64,000 bases of DNA from assembly GCA_965232485.1 (NCBI GenBank), contig OZ246975.1, positions 936,959-1,000,958 on the forward strand. The letters are read 5' to 3'. This stretch comes from Rhodothermales bacterium. GTDB taxonomy: Bacteria; Bacteroidota; Rhodothermia; Rhodothermales; VXPQ01. Made by a program: the position numbers and the translations under genes. Below the pieces are notes generated by a model. The model was not told where the DNA came from. It saw only the letters and a program-made list of their open reading frames with translations, and ran no database searches. This document shows positions 53,371 to 62,419 of the stretch, piece after piece (position 1 is the stretch's first letter; the number at the start of each line of letters is the position of its first letter).

Positions 53371-55707
53371 TTACCGAATGACCGTGAATTTCCGGAATAC
53401 GCGATCGCCGTCCGGGGTTTCGACCACGGCGATATAAATACCGCTGACGAGCAGCTGGCGCGCGCGAGTAGTGAGATTCCACTTCTCGTCGCCGCTCCCG
53501 TCGTCGTGCTCAATGGTCTCAATGAGTTCGCCGATCTCCGAGTAAATCCTGATCGTGCACTCGCCCGGAATATTGAAGAAGGCCACTTCGTCTTCCTTAG
53601 TGAAGCGAATGGACTGGTCAGAACCGAGATTGACCGGGTTCGGCACCACGCGCACATCTTCGATCGTTCCGGTAGCGCCGAACGGCGGACGTTTCAGGTT
53701 CGTGGGCTGGTAGGTCTGCGTAAAGTACCGACCGCTGCGCAACCGTACGCCCCCGCCCGGAACCCCTGTGAGTCCATTCGGATCGTCCGGAAGCGTTTCG
53801 CCGACCGCAACGAGATAGTAGTAATAGTCCGTGCCGCGAACGGCCGCTTCGTCGTTAAACGACGTCGCGCCGGCGTCCAGCATAGGCCCTTCGCAGTCGG
53901 GACGAGCGCCGCGCAAGCAGACATACGGCATTTCGTCTTCCACTCGACGGAGCCTGCCCGTGTTCGCATTCTGGTCGGTGCTGCTGATTGCTCCCATCAA
54001 ATCGCCGGCCTCCCGCACGTAATCGTACGCCGGACTCCACCACACATTCCGATCCGTGCGATATACTTCCCAACCGGCGCGGCTGGGGCCGCCTGCCGAA
54101 GGCTCCCACGCAAGCTCGATCTGGCCGGGCTTGCCGTTCACCGAAAAGGTTTTCGGCGGCAAGGGCGGCTGCGCGATCGGGTACGTCGTGAGATCGTTCG
54201 ACGCTTCGTAGACGGCTCGGGCCGTAACGAAATTCTTGAAGAGCGAATCCCTCGCCGTAAGCACCCACTGGTTCTTCGTCATGGCTTCAAGGCCCAGATC
54301 GTACGCGTCGTGGTAGCTATACGGCACGTCGTCCTTGATCACGCCATCGCCATTGGCGTCGTAGCGAATGACGTAATCCTTGTCCCGGCCCGCCAGCTTG
54401 AACTCCCGGCCGATCGCAAGCGCCGCGTCGAAGTCCAGGCCGCCCACGGAACGAGCGAACACGAGGCGCACCTCGTCGCCGAATTCCATGTCATAGGGAC
54501 CGTACGCTACCGTGGCGGCATGGCCGCCCTGGCGACCCTGGCTCGGATTGTTCGAGGGATCCCAGAAATTTCCGTCGGTTTCGATGCGGTCCGCCCACAT
54601 GGGGCACATGCGCGTGCGGGGCACGTCCGAAGAGCATCCCTCCGGCGCGGCGGTGTGATCCTCGCGCGTCAGAATGCCGTCCTCGTAATACTCAAGGTGC
54701 GCGGCGCCCGCGGCGGTCAGTTTCTCGTCCTGGTCCATAAAGCCGATCGTGCGCGGCTGCACCGCGCGATCAAAGGTGGGATCGCTCATGGAATTCGGAG
54801 CGTACAGCGGCATCTCGCCATCGAAATACGCTCCGGAGAGGCGGCCCAGCGTATCACCCGTGGCCTGCGACCAGTGCGCCTCAAGGATCGGCGCCCCCAG
54901 GTTGTCCCAATTCGCCGCGGCATAATCCGGCTCGTAACCCTTCCACAGGTAATACGCCGTAATGTCGAGGGGATAATCGGCATGGCCGTCGCCCACGGCG
55001 TCCACCATGCTGTACTTGCCCCATACCTGGCCGCCGTCGCCGACCCACGCGCCTCCCAACGTTCCCCGCCAGCGGTGAACCCAGTAGAAGTACGTCTCCT
55101 TCAGGCTCTGGTCCTGCAGCTCGATGTCCGGATCGTCGTCGGTATTGCCCGTGTTCGTGAAGACGTACTCGACGATATGGTATTCGTCATGGAACGGGTT
55201 ACTCCAGGCGTAGGCGCGCTTGCGGACGGTAATGCCGATATTCATGTTCCATACGGATTCCTGAACCCGGTCGGCAGGCAGGTTCGGATCCACCTCGTTC
55301 ACTACCGCGACGCGGTCGAACGAAGCGACGCCATCCACCGTGACTTCCGAATCCTCCCATTTGGCGGTCAGCTTGTCTTCCACCGGGAAGGCGAAATCGA
55401 CGCCGGGGCTGCGGGGCCCGATACGAGACGTGTAGTACGGGTAGGCCTGCCCATTGGGATCCGTCCAGTCCTTGGCGCCGATCCAGAAAGCGCCGGAACG
55501 CTCATGGGTAGAATTCCTGTGAATGGCCGGGTAGGCCATCAGATCCGACGTTTCGTTCTTGACCCCGACCTGGGAGTACCCGTCCTGGTAATCCCCGATG
55601 TCGAGCCACGTAATGGTGAACTGGGCAACGGCCGTGCCGGCGCCCAGCGCCCCGAACGCAAACACAAGGATAGCGCCCGCAAAAAGCTTGTAGCTGACTT
55701 TCATCAT
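53371..55707 (-). CDS. Secreted protein of unknown family with T9SS type-A C-terminal sorting domain (module A cargo)
   Basis: Track ORF 53371-55953 trimmed to ATG 55707 (MMKVSYKLFAGAILVFAFGALGAGTAVAQ). Colinear homolog of 36781-39027 (WIGAK, HIVEYVFTNTGN..DPDIE, YDANGDGVIKDD, MTKNQW). The CTD reads VVPNPVN..CTIRIYSEIGELIETI..SGIYIAVVET..RKFTVIR. Confidence 0.7.
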   Translation of the reverse strand: MMKVSYKLFAGAILVFAFGALGAGTAVAQFTITWLDIGDYQDGYSQVGVKNETSDLMAYPAIHRNSTHERSGAFWIGAKDWTDPNGQAYPYYTSRIGPRSPGVDFAFPVEDKLTAKWEDSEVTVDGVASFDRVAVVNEVDPNLPADRVQESVWNMNIGITVRKRAYAWSNPFHDEYHIVEYVFTNTGNTDDDPDIELQDQSLKETYFYWVHRWRGTLGGAWVGDGGQVWGKYSMVDAVGDGHADYPLDITAYYLWKGYEPDYAAANWDNLGAPILEAHWSQATGDTLGRLSGAYFDGEMPLYAPNSMSDPTFDRAVQPRTIGFMDQDEKLTAAGAAHLEYYEDGILTREDHTAAPEGCSSDVPRTRMCPMWADRIETDGNFWDPSNNPSQGRQGGHAATVAYGPYDMEFGDEVRLVFARSVGGLDFDAALAIGREFKLAGRDKDYVIRYDANGDGVIKDDVPYSYHDAYDLGLEAMTKNQWVLTARDSLFKNFVTARAVYEASNDLTTYPIAQPPLPPKTFSVNGKPGQIELAWEPSAGGPSRAGWEVYRTDRNVWWSPAYDYVREAGDLMGAISSTDQNANTGRLRRVEDEMPYVCLRGARPDCEGPMLDAGATSFNDEAAVRGTDYYYYLVAVGETLPDDPNGLTGVPGGGVRLRSGRYFTQTYQPTNLKRPPFGATGTIEDVRVVPNPVNLGSDQSIRFTKEDEVAFFNIPGECTIRIYSEIGELIETIEHDDGSGDEKWNLTTRARQLLVSGIYIAVVETPDGDRVFRKFTVIR

Positions 55708-55805
55708 GGTCTTGTTTCTTATGTAAGAATAACTGCCGGCGACGATGGTCTCCGAATAGATTCGTCCGGGGGTCGCTGGCCGCCCCCCGGACGAATCCGT
55801 TTCGT

Positions 55806-58800
55806 TCAGAAGCTTACCCGCAGGCCCAGCGTGACCCGGCGCGGATTCAGGAAGGTGTTGAACCGGTGGTTCGGCATATCGATGTAGGCCTTGTCCTCCA
55901 GTACCTGATCCACGTCGCCCTGGGGAACGTTCTCCCAGGCGCTGCCCGTCCACCGATGGTACGTATCCGTATCCTGGGCCCAGACCCAGCCGCGCTCGAA
56001 ACCCTCGTCGGGCGCGTCCGGCAACGTGGCCTTGCCCTCGATGGGCTGGAATTCGACGTCCCAGTCACGGAACGTGCCCGGCTTGTCGTCGCCCGGAACC
56101 CATACGTAGGGCTCGGTCGTGCCTTCGGGCAACTGGTGGAAAATATCCTTGTCCAGATGCAACGACCGCATGTACTCCCCGAGATCGTCTCCCTGACGCT
56201 CGAGGAATGCGCCGCCCCAGTTCAAATGCCGCAGGTTGAATACATTGTCGATGTCCGCAAACAACTGCAGCCGCGTGGGGCCCGCGCTGAAGTGCTTCGT
56301 AAAGCGCAGGTCGAAGTTCCAGTAATCCCGATACCGGACGTTGTTGCGCACTTCCGGAATGCTCGCAGACACATCGCCCGCCCAGGTCAAAGCCTGGCCC
56401 TTGCGCCATTCGCCAAGGAGGCTGACGCGGAAATTCGCCAAGGGATTCCCGCCGGCGATCTCGGGGCCGAAGCCCTGCGGCGTAAGCACCAGCAGGTTTG
56501 CATTCGCGAACGGCTCGGCCACCGGCGCCGACTGCCTGTAATCCGTGGAGGTGCGCAGCCAGTTCACCATCTGGAACGAGTTCTCGTAGAATTCCTCGTA
56601 CCCGAAGTTGCCCGACTTGCGCTGCTGGTACGTGAAGTTCGCAAAGCCCTGCACCCACTTGCCCCGGTTCTTGGAAACGCTGAGCTCCGCGCCCCGCGTA
56701 TCCGAGTAATGCCACGGCATCTTGGTGGTGTATTGCACGACCTCGCCGAGGCTCCGGAAAGTGACTTCCCGTGTTTCTTCCCTGTTGTCCCGATAGTACC
56801 CGGAAATACGCACAAGGAATCGATCCAGCACATTCTGGTCGAAGCCCAGTTCGTACGCCACCGTCTTGGGCAGCGGATGCTCCGGATTCGCCAACTGATC
56901 GATGCCGCCCGCCTTGGACTGCTGAATGCCCAGTACGTCGTAGGCGTCCATCATCTGGCGGAAGTGCCCGTAGTTGAAATACAGTTTGCTGTTCGTGGTG
57001 ATCGGGAAGGAAATGCCCACGCGCGGGCTGACGCCCAGCTGCGAGGAAACGGACTCCTTATCCAGATCCTCATCCAGCGTTTCCCGGTTGAAGCGCAAGA
57101 TGCTGTCGTAGTACCCGTAATTCCACCATTCCGTATTCGGGTCGAAATAGTCGAGGCGTACGCCGAGATTGGCGATCATCCCCTGGAATTCGAGTTTGCC
57201 CTGCGCATAGGCCGCGCCCTGCACCGGCGAGCCGTCCCAGGGCCAGCGCGCGCCCGATTGCGGACCTGCCAGCGCAATGTTGATGCTCGCGTAGTTCATG
57301 TTGTAATCGCTGAATATCAGCTCGGCGCCGGTCTTGACCAGCAGGAAGCGATTAAGCTGGCTCGTCAGGTCGAAGCGACCGGTCCATACCGTTACGGACG
57401 AGGTGTCGCGGGTCTTGACCCAGTGGCCGCCCGTCGATTCGTCCGTGAGTATGTTCCCGCCGATGCCCGCGAAGCCCATGGGCTCCTGACCGGAGCAGTA
57501 CGGCGTAACGGCGCCGTCGCCGGTGACGTCGGAATCGCCGCCGAAGCATATGATGCCGTCTTCCTGTCCGACCAGACCATTGAATCCGTCGTTAATGCGT
57601 CCGAAGTTGTCCGTCCAGGGAACGCGAACGAGTTCATACGGCTGGCAGGATTCGCCATTGGGGCCCGTGCCGTCCGAGGAACATACGAACGATCCGTCCC
57701 GCAGCGTCGGAAGCCTCGTTTGGTAGTCCGACTGCATTCGCTGAAGGCCTACCTCGTAGAACGTGTTCTGATTCAGCGTATGCGTTAGCTGCAGGCCCAG
57801 CATGTCGTGATCGATATCGCCGATCGGCCACTGCCCGTCCGTAAACAATTCGTCTCCGCGAATGTCGATCTCCCATATCTGCTTGCCTATGTCGCGGCCT
57901 TCGCTCTGCCACCACGGATACGCCGGAATCTGGCCCGTCCACAACTCCGTTCCGCGCGAATTTTCCTGCCATACCTGGCCCCGCTGCCGGGTGCCGAGGG
58001 CGTGCGCCGTCAGTTTCATGCCGGGGGCCACGTTGGAAATCAACTTGACCTGGTAGGTATTGTCCGAGTACGCCTGGCGATCCTGCGGATACAGATATGA
58101 CGTCTGGCTTCCGCGGTACGACGCGAGAAAGCGCAGACCGCCAAGATACTGGCTGACGCCTGGAATCGGCCCGCCGATCGTAATGTCGGCGTCGTAATCC
58201 GGCATCGTGATTTCGTTGCTCTTGCGCCACATGTAGTGCCAGTACTCGATCATGTCCGATTCGGTCACGTCGAAATTCTCGTCATGCAGCCGGTCGAGAA
58301 TTCCTTGCCAGCCCGGAAACGGCTTGTACTGCCGGGCCTCGTAGGCGTCCCATACGCCCGCCGAACCATTCAGCCGAACCGCCGGGTCCAGCACCGGGCG
58401 CGCAAACCAGGTGTCGCATTCGATGGGAACGGACGCGCCGGAATAATTGCAACTGGACGGCAACTGATGATAGGGATCGAACGTCTTGTCCTGGGCCGGC
58501 GCATAGCGAATGAGCGCGTCCACCGTGTATTCCGTGCGAGAGGGTTCTTTCGTAGCCACGTTCACAATGCCGGAACGCACGTTTCCGTACTCCGCGCTGA
58601 ACCCGCCCGTCTGCACCTGCACCTCCTCGAGCGACGTATAGCTGACGCTGGTCAGGGGATCGTTGTGGCGACCCGTTCGCATCTGCAATCCGTCTACGAT
58701 AAAGGCCACCTCGTTGAGCCCGCCGCCGCGTACGCGCATGCCGGGCTCAATACCCGCCTGCAGGTCCAGCACCTCCGAAACGCCCGCCACCGGCAGGTCC

Positions 58801-59210
58801 TGAAAGTCCTGGGCGCTCAGGTTGGCCACGTTCGCCGACACGTCGGCCTGTACGATGGGTTGTTCGGCCACCACGACCACCTCCTCGAGACCCACGGTTT
58901 CCTCGCTAAGGTCGAAGTCCACCGTGGAGGTAAGGTCCGTACTTACGTGAATGCCTTCCTGCACCGCCGTCGTATACCCGATGAACGAGGCGCGAAGGTT
59001 GTACGTACCGGGGCGCACATTCAGAATGTGATAGAAACCTTCGGCGTCGGTTACGGCGCCTTGCGTCGTACCATCGATTACCACATTCACGCCGGGGAGC
59101 GAATCCCCGGTGTTTCCGTCGGTTACCTGGCCAGCGATTTTGCCCTGCTGCGCCCATGCCGTGGCCGGGACAAGCAACGCAAGCGTAAACAGTAGCTTTG
59201 CCATTCTCAT
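55806..59210 (-). CDS. Large (~1134-aa) TonB-dependent receptor with CarboxypepD_reg N-domain, no SusD partner (module A)
   Basis: ATGs occur at 59216, 59210 and 59204. 59210 (MRMAKLLFTLALLVPATAWAQ) aligns with the paralog's start. The first 60 aa match 39080-42310 at 43/60 positions (hand count). The barrel ends LGLRVSF. Confidence 0.9.
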   Translation of the reverse strand: MRMAKLLFTLALLVPATAWAQQGKIAGQVTDGNTGDSLPGVNVVIDGTTQGAVTDAEGFYHILNVRPGTYNLRASFIGYTTAVQEGIHVSTDLTSTVDFDLSEETVGLEEVVVVAEQPIVQADVSANVANLSAQDFQDLPVAGVSEVLDLQAGIEPGMRVRGGGLNEVAFIVDGLQMRTGRHNDPLTSVSYTSLEEVQVQTGGFSAEYGNVRSGIVNVATKEPSRTEYTVDALIRYAPAQDKTFDPYHQLPSSCNYSGASVPIECDTWFARPVLDPAVRLNGSAGVWDAYEARQYKPFPGWQGILDRLHDENFDVTESDMIEYWHYMWRKSNEITMPDYDADITIGGPIPGVSQYLGGLRFLASYRGSQTSYLYPQDRQAYSDNTYQVKLISNVAPGMKLTAHALGTRQRGQVWQENSRGTELWTGQIPAYPWWQSEGRDIGKQIWEIDIRGDELFTDGQWPIGDIDHDMLGLQLTHTLNQNTFYEVGLQRMQSDYQTRLPTLRDGSFVCSSDGTGPNGESCQPYELVRVPWTDNFGRINDGFNGLVGQEDGIICFGGDSDVTGDGAVTPYCSGQEPMGFAGIGGNILTDESTGGHWVKTRDTSSVTVWTGRFDLTSQLNRFLLVKTGAELIFSDYNMNYASINIALAGPQSGARWPWDGSPVQGAAYAQGKLEFQGMIANLGVRLDYFDPNTEWWNYGYYDSILRFNRETLDEDLDKESVSSQLGVSPRVGISFPITTNSKLYFNYGHFRQMMDAYDVLGIQQSKAGGIDQLANPEHPLPKTVAYELGFDQNVLDRFLVRISGYYRDNREETREVTFRSLGEVVQYTTKMPWHYSDTRGAELSVSKNRGKWVQGFANFTYQQRKSGNFGYEEFYENSFQMVNWLRTSTDYRQSAPVAEPFANANLLVLTPQGFGPEIAGGNPLANFRVSLLGEWRKGQALTWAGDVSASIPEVRNNVRYRDYWNFDLRFTKHFSAGPTRLQLFADIDNVFNLRHLNWGGAFLERQGDDLGEYMRSLHLDKDIFHQLPEGTTEPYVWVPGDDKPGTFRDWDVEFQPIEGKATLPDAPDEGFERGWVWAQDTDTYHRWTGSAWENVPQGDVDQVLEDKAYIDMPNHRFNTFLNPRRVTLGLRVSF

Positions 59211-59350
59211 ATACATGGCCCTCTGGTATTGATGTTAGTTGGCGAATAACGCGTCAAAAAGCGCGACGGCCCGGCATGCCATGGGGCATATCACGGACAA
59301 GTACGCACGAAATCGGAAAGATGGTACGGCATATCAAACAATAACGCAAG

Positions 59351-59376
59351 AAAATAAGAAATTTTTTTTGAATACC
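59351..59376 (-). promoter_or_regulatory. AT-rich element upstream of module A receptor (putative promoter/UP region)
   Basis: aaaataagaaattttttttgaatac shares aaaata..agaaatttttttt with 42451-42479 apart from a 4-nt indel. It lies ~140-160 nt upstream of the start codon. Confidence 0.3.
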
Positions 59377-59398
59377 CTGATTAAACCCACAAGGTTCA

Positions 59399-59511
59399 GA
59401 GGCTGCGAGGCGCTGATCGAAATGATTTTGATCAGCTTTGAGGCCTTCCGGGGCGTCGTCGGCCTGCTTTCCGGAGGCTGCGAGGCGCTGATCGAAATGA
59501 TTTTTATCAGC
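59399..59511. repeat. Two 38-nt direct repeats (period 75 nt), each containing a GCTGATC-N11-GATCAGC hairpin/palindrome
   Basis: Copy 1 is 59399-59436 (gaggctgcgaggcgctgatcgaaatgattttgatcagc). Copy 2 is 59474-59511, identical except one G->T in the distal arm. The spacer is 37 nt. The pair sits 12 nt downstream of the ADH stop and ~190-300 nt upstream of the module A receptor. Confidence 0.75.
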
Positions 59512-59517
59512 GTATCC
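59506..59517 (-). promoter_or_regulatory. GGATACGCTGAT box (copy 1, reverse orientation)
   Basis: atcagcgtatcc is the reverse complement of ggatacgctgat. The extended form ggatacgctgataaaa overlaps the end of repeat copy 2. Confidence 0.3.
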
Positions 59518-59522
59518 CCGAA

Positions 59523-60557
59523 TCAGTCAGCGGGAACGAACAGGGTCTTCACGCCGCGGCGCGTTTCGAACCCATCGAAAGCCTCTTTCCATTTCGTTAC
59601 CTCGAATATATCGGTGACGAGCGGCTTTGTCCGCACCTGCCCGGATTGCAGCAGTCGCAACGCGCGCAGCCAGGCGGGGGGGACGCTCGCGTTGCTGCCG
59701 GTAACGATCAATTCCTTGTAGCATACCTGGTCCAGGTCCCAGGCGATGGGCTTGCCGAAAAGCCCGATCTGCACATACCGCCCGGCTCGACGCACGAGGT
59801 CCAGCAACCCGGCGGCGGCCGGCCCCGCGCCCGAGCATTCGTATACCGCGTCGGCTCCCATGCCTTCGGACGTCAGGGCGGCTACGAGTTCCGAAGCATT
59901 ATCGCGCTCCACGTTTACGATGTGGTCGGCCCCGAACGAACGGGCCATGTCCAGGCGGTGCCCGTCGCTGTCCGTGCCGAGCATGACCACCGTCGCGCCG
60001 GCCGCCTTGACCACCTGCAACGTAAGCAGCCCGATGGCGCCGGGCCCCGCCACGACCGCCACATCGCCGGGAAACACCGTCGGGACGCTCGACGCGCCGT
60101 GCACTACGCAGGCGAGCGGCTCGGTCAAGGCGCCTGCATGGAAATCCACATTGTCCGGCAAAACATGAATGTTGGACGCCGGCACGATCACGTACCGGGT
60201 GAATCCCCCGTTGACCGCAGAGCCGATCGAAAGGCGACGCAAACACAGGTTCGCCCGACCGGCGCGGCAATAGCGACAAGCCCCGCACGTAGAAAAATAG
60301 GTCTCCGTCGTTACGCGCAGGCCCGGCGCAAGACGCTCCACATCGTCTCCGGCGTCCGCAATCTCCCCGGCCACCTCGTGCCCGAGCACGACGGGAGGCC
60401 GCGAAGGAAATTCGTCTTTATATATATGGAGGTCCGTACCGCATATCCCGGCGGCCCGCACCCGAATCTTGACCTGCCCGGGACCCGGATGCGGCTCGGG
60501 AATGTCGCGGAGTTCGATTTGCCCCGCGCCGGGGGCGATTTTCATGACGGCTTTCAT
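59523..60557 (-). CDS. Zinc-dependent medium-chain alcohol/polyol dehydrogenase
   Basis: Track ORF 59523-60794 trimmed to ATG 60557 ([22 protein letters not shown]). [10 protein letters not shown] and GHEVAGEI are Zn-ADH motifs. GPGAIGLL is the NAD-binding motif. Confidence 0.8.
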   Translation of the reverse strand: MKAVMKIAPGAGQIELRDIPEPHPGPGQVKIRVRAAGICGTDLHIYKDEFPSRPPVVLGHEVAGEIADAGDDVERLAPGLRVTTETYFSTCGACRYCRAGRANLCLRRLSIGSAVNGGFTRYVIVPASNIHVLPDNVDFHAGALTEPLACVVHGASSVPTVFPGDVAVVAGPGAIGLLTLQVVKAAGATVVMLGTDSDGHRLDMARSFGADHIVNVERDNASELVAALTSEGMGADAVYECSGAGPAAAGLLDLVRRAGRYVQIGLFGKPIAWDLDQVCYKELIVTGSNASVPPAWLRALRLLQSGQVRTKPLVTDIFEVTKWKEAFDGFETRRGVKTLFVPAD

Positions 60558-60689
60558 AACGACGGTTGCGTTCGGGGGATGTCTTCTCGAGCGGAGCCTT
60601 GGGCAGGCGGGCGCCCGTACGGCGCAGTACGGCCGTATGTGGATACGCGCCGGCGCCGAACGGGCCATCCCGCTCGCTGTCAATATGTA

Positions 60690-60701
60690 GGATACGCTGA
60701 T
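60690..60701 (+). promoter_or_regulatory. GGATACGCTGAT box (copy 2)
   Basis: ggatacgctgataaag, within the ADH/iolA divergent intergenic region. Confidence 0.3.
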
Positions 60702-60816
60702 AAAGCCACATCGCTCCGCACCTGTCGCCGGAAACCGCATTTCTGCCCGGCGACCCATAACGCACAGGGGGCCGCGCGTTGACGGCAGGAACACAAAAGG
60801 CCTTCGCAGGATTTAC

Positions 60817-60828
60817 GGATACGCTGAT
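60817..60828 (+). promoter_or_regulatory. GGATACGCTGAT box (copy 3)
   Basis: ggatacgctgatcaaaa, ~90 nt upstream of the iolA start. Confidence 0.3.
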
Positions 60829-60914
60829 CAAAACCCCGGCGCGCCGCGGACTCCATCGATGCGCGCAGACGCGCCGCGCCGCATCGTATTCGCTAAAAAT
60901 TCATATTTTGCGCC

Positions 60915-62390
60915 ATGCCCCCTGCTCCGCTGCACCATTATATCGAAGGCGACTGGCGACTCCGACAGGAAAGCCCCCTGCTGGACGTAACGAACCCGGC
61001 CACGGCGACCCCGCTGGCGCGCGTTCCCCTTTCGTCGAAGGAAGAGGTCGATCAGGCCGTCCGGGCGGCGCACAAGGCATTCCCCGCATGGCGGGCCACG
61101 CCGATCACGGAACGCATACAATACCTTTTCCGGCTCAAGCAACTGCTGGAAGAACACGTCGAAGACCTTGCCCGAACCATCACGAACGAATGCGGCAAGA
61201 CCTTCCGGGAAAGCCTGGGCGAGCTCCGGCGGGGCGTCGAAAACGTGGAGGTGGCCATCGGAACGCCCATACTCATGCAGGGCGTGAACAACGAGGACAT
61301 TGCGCGCGGCATCGACGAGCACATGATCCGGCAACCGCTGGGCGTAACCACGGCCATCACCCCGTTCAATTTTCCGGGCATGATCCCCTTGTGGTTCCTG
61401 CCCTACGCCGTCGCCACCGGCAATTGCTTCATCCTGAAGCCGAGCGAGCGCGTCCCGATGACCAGCGCCCGGCTGTTCGACCTGATCGACCAATGCGATT
61501 TCCCGCCGGGCGTGCTGCAACTCGTGCACGGAGGCAAGGATACCGTAGACGCGCTCCTCGACCATCCGCTGGTGCGCGCCGTGAGTTTCGTAGGCTCGAC
61601 GCCGGTGGCGCGGTATGTCTACGGCAGGGCGTCCGCTTCGGGCAAACGCGCGCAATGCCAGGGAGGCGCCAAAAATCCAGTGGTGATCCTGCCGGACGCG
61701 GACATGGACATGACCACGCAGATCATGGCCGATTCCGCGTTTGGCTGCGCCGGACAGCGCTGCCTCGCCGCTTCCGTAGCCGTAACGGTAGGCAGCGCAG
61801 GCAAGGAATTTACCGAACGGATTGCGGAAGCCGCCGCATCCCGCCGGGTGGGCTACGGTCTGGATGAAGACGCACAAATGGGGCCTGTGATTTCCGAGCA
61901 AAGCAGACAGCGCATCGAAGGACTCATCGAAACGGGCGCAAAAGAGGGCGCCCGGCTCGTCGTGGACGGGCGCGGCAAACACGTCGGGGGCTACGAAGAC
62001 GGATATTTTCTTTTCCCCTCCGTGCTTTCGGATATTCCCCCGGCAAGCACGCTGTCCCGGATCGAAGTATTCGGCCCGGTGCTGAGCCTATCCCATGTCG
62101 ATACCCTCGACGAGGCGATCCGGTTCGTAAACGACCGTCCCTACGGAAACATGGCCTGCATCTTCACAAGCAGCGGCGCGAGCGCGCGGCAATTCCGCCA
62201 CGAAGCAGACGCCGGCAACATCGGCGTGAATATCGGCGTGGCCGCGCCGATGGCCTTTTTTCCGTTCAGCGGCTGGAACGAAAGCTTCTTCGGAGACTTG
62301 CATGCGCAGTCCCGGCACGGCGTCGAATTCTACACGCAAACGAAAGTGGTCGTGGAGCGCTGGCCAAGCGAATGGACCCGCACCTTCTGA
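60915..62390 (+). CDS. iolA: CoA-acylating methylmalonate/malonate-semialdehyde dehydrogenase
   Basis: 491 aa ALDH fold with the MmsA/IolA-type pattern ([34 protein letters not shown]; GQRCLA catalytic Cys). It is followed by iolC. Confidence 0.82.
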   Translation: MPPAPLHHYIEGDWRLRQESPLLDVTNPATATPLARVPLSSKEEVDQAVRAAHKAFPAWRATPITERIQYLFRLKQLLEEHVEDLARTITNECGKTFRESLGELRRGVENVEVAIGTPILMQGVNNEDIARGIDEHMIRQPLGVTTAITPFNFPGMIPLWFLPYAVATGNCFILKPSERVPMTSARLFDLIDQCDFPPGVLQLVHGGKDTVDALLDHPLVRAVSFVGSTPVARYVYGRASASGKRAQCQGGAKNPVVILPDADMDMTTQIMADSAFGCAGQRCLAASVAVTVGSAGKEFTERIAEAAASRRVGYGLDEDAQMGPVISEQSRQRIEGLIETGAKEGARLVVDGRGKHVGGYEDGYFLFPSVLSDIPPASTLSRIEVFGPVLSLSHVDTLDEAIRFVNDRPYGNMACIFTSSGASARQFRHEADAGNIGVNIGVAAPMAFFPFSGWNESFFGDLHAQSRHGVEFYTQTKVVVERWPSEWTRTF

Positions 62391-62419
62391 TTTCTCCGGC
62401 TGATTTTTCTGGCGCAAGC

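Noticed and set aside
24479-59216. The possibility that the module A/B similarity is an assembly duplication or a very recent segmental duplication.
   Set aside because: The paralogs differ at roughly a third of the residues even in the best-conserved N-terminal stretch. The modules also differ in gene content in the middle. The duplication is therefore ancient and real.
59399-59511. Possible mini-CRISPR array (38-nt repeat, 37-nt spacer, 38-nt repeat).
   Set aside because: There are only two repeats and no cas genes or leader in the window. The repeat is related to other non-arrayed copies (5482-5616) and to the GGATACGCTGAT boxes. It fits a REP- or operator-like element better than CRISPR.
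59239-59721. 160-aa plus-strand ORF across the ADH/receptor intergenic region, and the 119-aa ORF at 5340-5699.
   Set aside because: Both are read-throughs of repeat-containing non-coding DNA. The repeated 'EALIE' peptide simply reflects the DNA repeat. They have no start context or motifs, and 59239-59721 overlaps the ADH 3' end on the opposite strand.
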